DNA of 63,243 nucleotides, counting the filler, from Thraustochytrium aureum (Eukaryota), in the NCBI GenBank assembly GCA_012862495.1. It is 4 parts of 3 records of this genome, joined end to end, with 100 filler letters (N's around TTAATTAATTAA, not from the genome) between each part and the next. Parts side by side here need not be neighbours in the genome. Positions count along the whole stretch, not along the records: positions 58,075 to 63,243 come from BLSG01000109.1; 3 more parts are not named here. The stretch is one strand, 5' to 3'. The notes under the pieces are model-generated. The model had not been told where the DNA came from. It made no database searches and saw only the letters and a program-made list of their open reading frames with translations. A program made the position numbers and the translations under genes. The number at the start of each line of letters is the position of its first letter. Within the stretch, counting starts at the first letter, position 1. Positions 59,044 to 63,243 of the stretch are shown piece after piece.

Positions 59044-59312
59044 TGCCCAGACATGATGGTGACCGTGGGCCGGACGCGAGCGCTTGACCAGCAAGCAGGT
59101 TTCTCGTCGCGGCCCGGCTCCAAACGATTCCAAGCGTTGGCGCTGCGGGCGCGGTTCGGTTGGGCGGGTCGAGGCAGGAGCAAGCGCAGGACCACAGGCG
59201 CTGCAGGCATCGTGCGTGCGAGGCTCCGCCAGAATTCGCAAGAGCGAAGAGAGAATAAGAAATAAAAAGGTCGGCGAAAAGTTGCGGCTCCTCCCGTCCG
59301 TTCCAAGGTCGT

Positions 59313-60050
59313 CTACAGGCACTTGCCGATCGTCTCGAGCTGGATGTTCGAGGTCCCCTCGTAGATCGACGTGATACGCGAGTCGCGGTACATGCGCTCA
59401 GGCAGGCCGCGCGTAAAGCCCACGCCCCCGTGCAGGTCCACGCCGAGTGCCGTCACGCGGCTCGCGACCTGCGAGGCAAACAACTTGGCCATGGCGGCCT
59501 CCTTCTGGAACGGCATGCCTTGCTGCTTCATGCGCCCGGCGTTGTACGTGAGAGCGCGAGCCGCCTCAATGTCGGTGGCCGCCTGCGCGAGCTGGTGCTG
59601 CACCGCCTGGTTGGCAAAGATGGGCCGGCCGAACTGCGAGCGCTGGCGCGTGTAGTCAAGGGCGGCATCGAAAGAGCCTTGCGCGATGCCAACCGCCTGC
59701 GCCGCAATCGCGACGCGCCCTTCGTTGAGCGTGTTGATGGCGTACTTGTACCCCTTGCCGATTTCGCCCAGGACGTTTTCGCGCGGCACATGCACGCCCT
59801 CGAGGGTCAAGGTCGCCGTCGAGGAGGCGCGGAGGCCCATCTTGTCCTCGTCCTTGCCCACGGAGAAGCCCTCCATGCCGCGCTCCACCACAAAGGCGGT
59901 GATCCCCTTGTAGCCCTTGGACGGGTCCACGTTGGCCATCACGATAAAGACGTCCGAGTAGGCCGAGTTGGTGATCCAGCACTTGGTCCCGTCCAGCTTG
60001 AACGAGCCGTCCGGCTGCTCAGTGGCCCGCGTGGCGAGTGCGAACGCGTC
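59313..60050 (-). CDS. Acyl-CoA dehydrogenase (short/branched-chain-like); 5' part in gap
   Basis: LDGTKCWITNS, EDKMGLRASST, LNEGRVAIAAQAVG, RSQFGRPI and IYEGTSNIQL. Confidence 0.92.
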   Translation of the reverse strand, partial: DAFALATRATEQPDGSFKLDGTKCWITNSAYSDVFIVMANVDPSKGYKGITAFVVERGMEGFSVGKDEDKMGLRASSTATLTLEGVHVPRENVLGEIGKGYKYAINTLNEGRVAIAAQAVGIAQGSFDAALDYTRQRSQFGRPIFANQAVQHQLAQAATDIEAARALTYNAGRMKQQGMPFQKEAAMAKLFASQVASRVTALGVDLHGGVGFTRGLPERMYRDSRITSIYEGTSNIQLETIGKCL

Positions 60051-61063
60051 NNNNNNNNNNNNNNNNNNNNNNNNNNNNNNNNNNNNNNNNNNNNNNNNNN
60101 NNNNNNNNNNNNNNNNNNNNNNNNNNNNNNNNNNNNNNNNNNNNNNNNNNNNNNNNNNNNNNNNNNNNNNNNNNNNNNNNNNNNNNNNNNNNNNNNNNNN
60201 NNNNNNNNNNNNNNNNNNNNNNNNNNNNNNNNNNNNNNNNNNNNNNNNNNNNNNNNNNNNNNNNNNNNNNNNNNNNNNNNNNNNNNNNNNNNNNNNNNNN
60301 NNNNNNNNNNNNNNNNNNNNNNNNNNNNNNNNNNNNNNNNNNNNNNNNNNNNNTTGCTAGCTGCCTGTCTGCCTGCCCTGTCTGCCTTGCGTCCGTGGCA
60401 CGATTGTCGGCCTCTCGATGTGTGATCGACGGGTGCGCGTGATAGATTGAGTGCCTGCTCGGCTCCCTGGTGACTCTCGCGAGCGAGCGCCTCACCACCT
60501 CGTCCGTCGTGCGCAAAGACTCGCCAATCCACAGCCTCAACGCGCGCGCCGTGTCTTGTACCTACGACTCCGTGCGCTTTCTTCGTCTATCTTTCGCCAC
60601 TTCCGAGCGCAAATAAAAACAGACCATCCTGTTTCCTCGATGTTTCCTTGGGGGAGGCCCGTGACGTGCGCCGATGCGCTCGAACTGCACGGCTACGTCA
60701 CAGGTAGGCCCTAAACGACGTTTGCGGCCACTTTCCGCGTCGCGCTGCGCACAGTGCCGAGAGGGGCCCCCTTGTCCCGCCCAGGCCACGCCTCGTGCGG
60801 TTTAAACCACGTCATAGCGGTACATTTGCGTCACAATGTCCCGTCACGAAGGTTCCTATGTGACGCGTCGCTGCCAACGGCGGCGGGACCAGCAGGAGGC
60901 AGCGCAGCAGCAGCAGCAGAAGCAGAAGCAGGCGAGCGGCGGGTTGGCGTGCTTTGCAAGAGGCCGCTGCGCGTTGCTTGGCCCGCGTCCACCGGGGCCG
61001 CGCTCACTCTTGCGCTGCGCTGCGCTGCGCTGCGCTCTTCGGCGAGACCTAAAAATCGACACG

Positions 61064-61531
61064 ATGAGCGGCCAGTTCAAAGAGACGGAAGAGGAGGTCG
61101 AGGTAAGTGGAGGAGGCCTCGAAGACGCAGGCAGGGCCGGTGGGGGCTGACGCGGTGGCTCGGATGCGGCGGCGTAGGTGCGCAAGGAGGACCAGGACCG
61201 GATCAACGAGTTTGGCGTGATCCACAAAACGCTGGCCGAGCTCACCGAGGAGACGACCTCGATCGACGAGCAGCTCAACAACATCGAGGACGCAGAGCAG
61301 GACGTTATGCTCAGCGGCGAGACGGAGAGCTTCCTCATCCAGCTCGGGTCCACTTACGTGCGCGTTGGCGAGGAGGAGTTTGAGGAGTTTATTCAGCGCA
61401 AGCGGTCCGAGCTCGAGGCGCAGCGCGAGAGCGTCAACTCGCAGCTCAGCAAGCTTGAGGCGCGCAAGGTAGAGTTGCGCACAGTCCTCTACGCGCGCTT
61501 TGGGTCGACTATCCAGCTCGACGACGAGTAG
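61064..61531 (+). CDS. PFDN4: Prefoldin subunit 4; intron 61103-61177
   Basis: EVE|VRKEDQDRINEF...LNNIEDA...LRTVLYARFGSTIQLD. GTAAGT...GCTGAC...TAG intron. Confidence 0.9.
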
Positions 61532-61913
61532 CTTGCCAAGTTCGAACGAATCCTCTCTATTTCTCCTGCGTTCTCAGACCGTTCCGCGAGCGTTGTGGTG
61601 TCCTGATCGGCGTTACTGATAATCCAAACACGTTTACATTAAATCCCTTATTTATCCCGAAAGGTACAGCAAACAAGCCGTGCCAGAGGGGTACCCCAGC
61701 CCAGTTCCAGCACCGTTCACCATCGATGCCATCCTCCCCATCCTCCCAGGGCGGCAGAACCGGCCAGGCAAGCCAAGAGCGAGGCCAGCTCGAATCGAGC
61801 AAAACCAAATCAACGTCTCAACAGCGTTCGCATCGACGGCCCGAGCCACACAATGAACCCAATAGAAGACGGAAACGCACAAACGCGAACGAAACCCAGA
61901 GGCGCAGACACCG

Positions 61914-63161
61914 GTGCGGTGCCTCGACAGGCCGTGTCTCACCGCGGCCCAACGCGCGCTCAACTTTCCCCAAGATGAAATTGTCGTCCTGTCATGGAAC
62001 ATCTTGGACCCAGAACTCTATGCATCCTGCGCCGGGCGCGAAGATTATCGCGGCTGTGACCACGCTGCCACGAACTGGACGAAAAGGGCCAAGCGCATCA
62101 TCGAAGAACTCCGCGCGGCAAACGCTGACGTCTTGGGCCTGCAAGAAGTAAGCGCCTCCACTTTCAACGGCGTTCTGGCACCAGCACTGAGAGCGGCTGG
62201 CTACGAGGGCGTCCTCGAGGAGCGCGTCACGCGCAAAGGTGGAGAGGTCGTAGCGGCGCACATGGCATGTGCCACATTCTTCAAAACGAAGCGCTTCGAG
62301 AAGGCCTGGGAGAGCCAAGGGTATCGAACCCTCATCACGGCGCTGAGGCTTCGCGGCGGACCCCGCGCTGGTGAAACGGTCGCGGTCGTAAACTGCCACC
62401 TCGAGGGCGCCCCGTGGAAGCGCGAGGCACGTCGGCTGCAGCTCGCTGGCGCCTTGCGCCGCGTTAAGCAGGCGCAGGATGTCGTGGGCCGCGACCCGGC
62501 GCTCATCGTGCTCGGCGACATGAACGATGGCGCGTCGAGCTCGCTTTGCGTGAACCAGCTGCCTAGCCATGGGCTATTCAGCGCGTACAGCGTGCCAGGA
62601 TCGGAGCGCGCCACCGGGCCGACATGCCTCATTGGCAAGCGAAACGACTCCTGCCGCGTTGACCACGTCTTTGTGGCGGAAAACCGCTTCGAGGTTCGAG
62701 CCTTGGTCAACATAATTGACTCAGAGTGGGACCGCGATGCCGTCCTTGCCGGCCCTTGCGTCACGCCGGCTTGGCCCTCAGATCACTTTAGCGTCGGAGC
62801 GGTCTTGCGTGTCCTGGCGCCACCGGCGGGCATCAGAGGCGGCCGCGAACCTGATGAGGCTATACCCGAACCGACGGTGGAAGAGCTCCTTGCGAGTCCC
62901 GAGTGTCCTTTGCGCGAGACCCAGCTCACGGAGTGGCTCGAGCTGCAACCGACCACGAATCTGCCTGGCAAGTTTAGTCCAGAGGCAATTGAAGAGGCAA
63001 AGAGGGCGAGTAGCGCTCGAAAGGTGCTGCTCGAGGCGCTCACCCCGGCGCAGCAAGCCTTTATGCAGCGCGTTGCCAAGGCGTTGCGCTTGGAAAGAAA
63101 ACAGCAGCGAATCGCGTGCGCGAAGGAGGCAGAAGTGCTCTCGCCCAGTGCTGCGCAGTGA
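61914..63161 (+). CDS. Endonuclease/exonuclease/phosphatase (CCR4/Angel/PDE12-like) protein; true start possibly ATG 61853 via a frameshift
   Basis: VLSWNIL, DVLGLQEV, NCHL, LGDMN, VDHVF and PSDHF motifs. Confidence 0.85.
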   Translation: MRCLDRPCLTAAQRALNFPQDEIVVLSWNILDPELYASCAGREDYRGCDHAATNWTKRAKRIIEELRAANADVLGLQEVSASTFNGVLAPALRAAGYEGVLEERVTRKGGEVVAAHMACATFFKTKRFEKAWESQGYRTLITALRLRGGPRAGETVAVVNCHLEGAPWKREARRLQLAGALRRVKQAQDVVGRDPALIVLGDMNDGASSSLCVNQLPSHGLFSAYSVPGSERATGPTCLIGKRNDSCRVDHVFVAENRFEVRALVNIIDSEWDRDAVLAGPCVTPAWPSDHFSVGAVLRVLAPPAGIRGGREPDEAIPEPTVEELLASPECPLRETQLTEWLELQPTTNLPGKFSPEAIEEAKRASSARKVLLEALTPAQQAFMQRVAKALRLERKQQRIACAKEAEVLSPSAAQ

Positions 63162-63243
63162 CTGCATCGAAAGATATGTAATTGTACTTGTACTGAACTG
63201 ACGAGCCTCCTCTGTCGAGGCGCAGGCGCGGGCTCGCTCCACC

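Overview
This is a GC-rich, gene-dense eukaryotic (protist) draft assembly, not a prokaryote. It has short GT-AG introns with (G/T)CTRAC branch points, histone H4, CENP-H, Tom22, prefoldin 4, FIG4 and the flagellar genes CFAP99 and PACRG. A thraustochytrid/stramenopile-like origin is inferred but unverified. Three N-padded TTAATTAATTAA linkers (26739, 48177, 58019) mark artificial scaffold joins, and many genes carry 1-bp homopolymer frameshifts that look like sequencing errors. The main accessory feature is a roughly 10 kb lower-GC, intron-free transposon block (about 16.8-26.7 kb). It holds a pogo/Fot-like DD35D transposase with a long coiled-coil tail, and a Dada-like (DxxH-type DDE) transposase that appears to continue as one ~1,900 aa polyprotein carrying HhH, OTU (deubiquitinase-like), Zn-finger and Ulp1 (deSUMOylase-like) modules. 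The 5' end of this second element lies about 0.5 kb from a truncated tRNA-like 5' end. Other notable items are an FABP-like protein, a bacterial-receptor-type TM-HAMP cyclase with guanylyl-type specificity residues, and paired histone 3' stem-loops that imply a second histone gene hidden in a gap.
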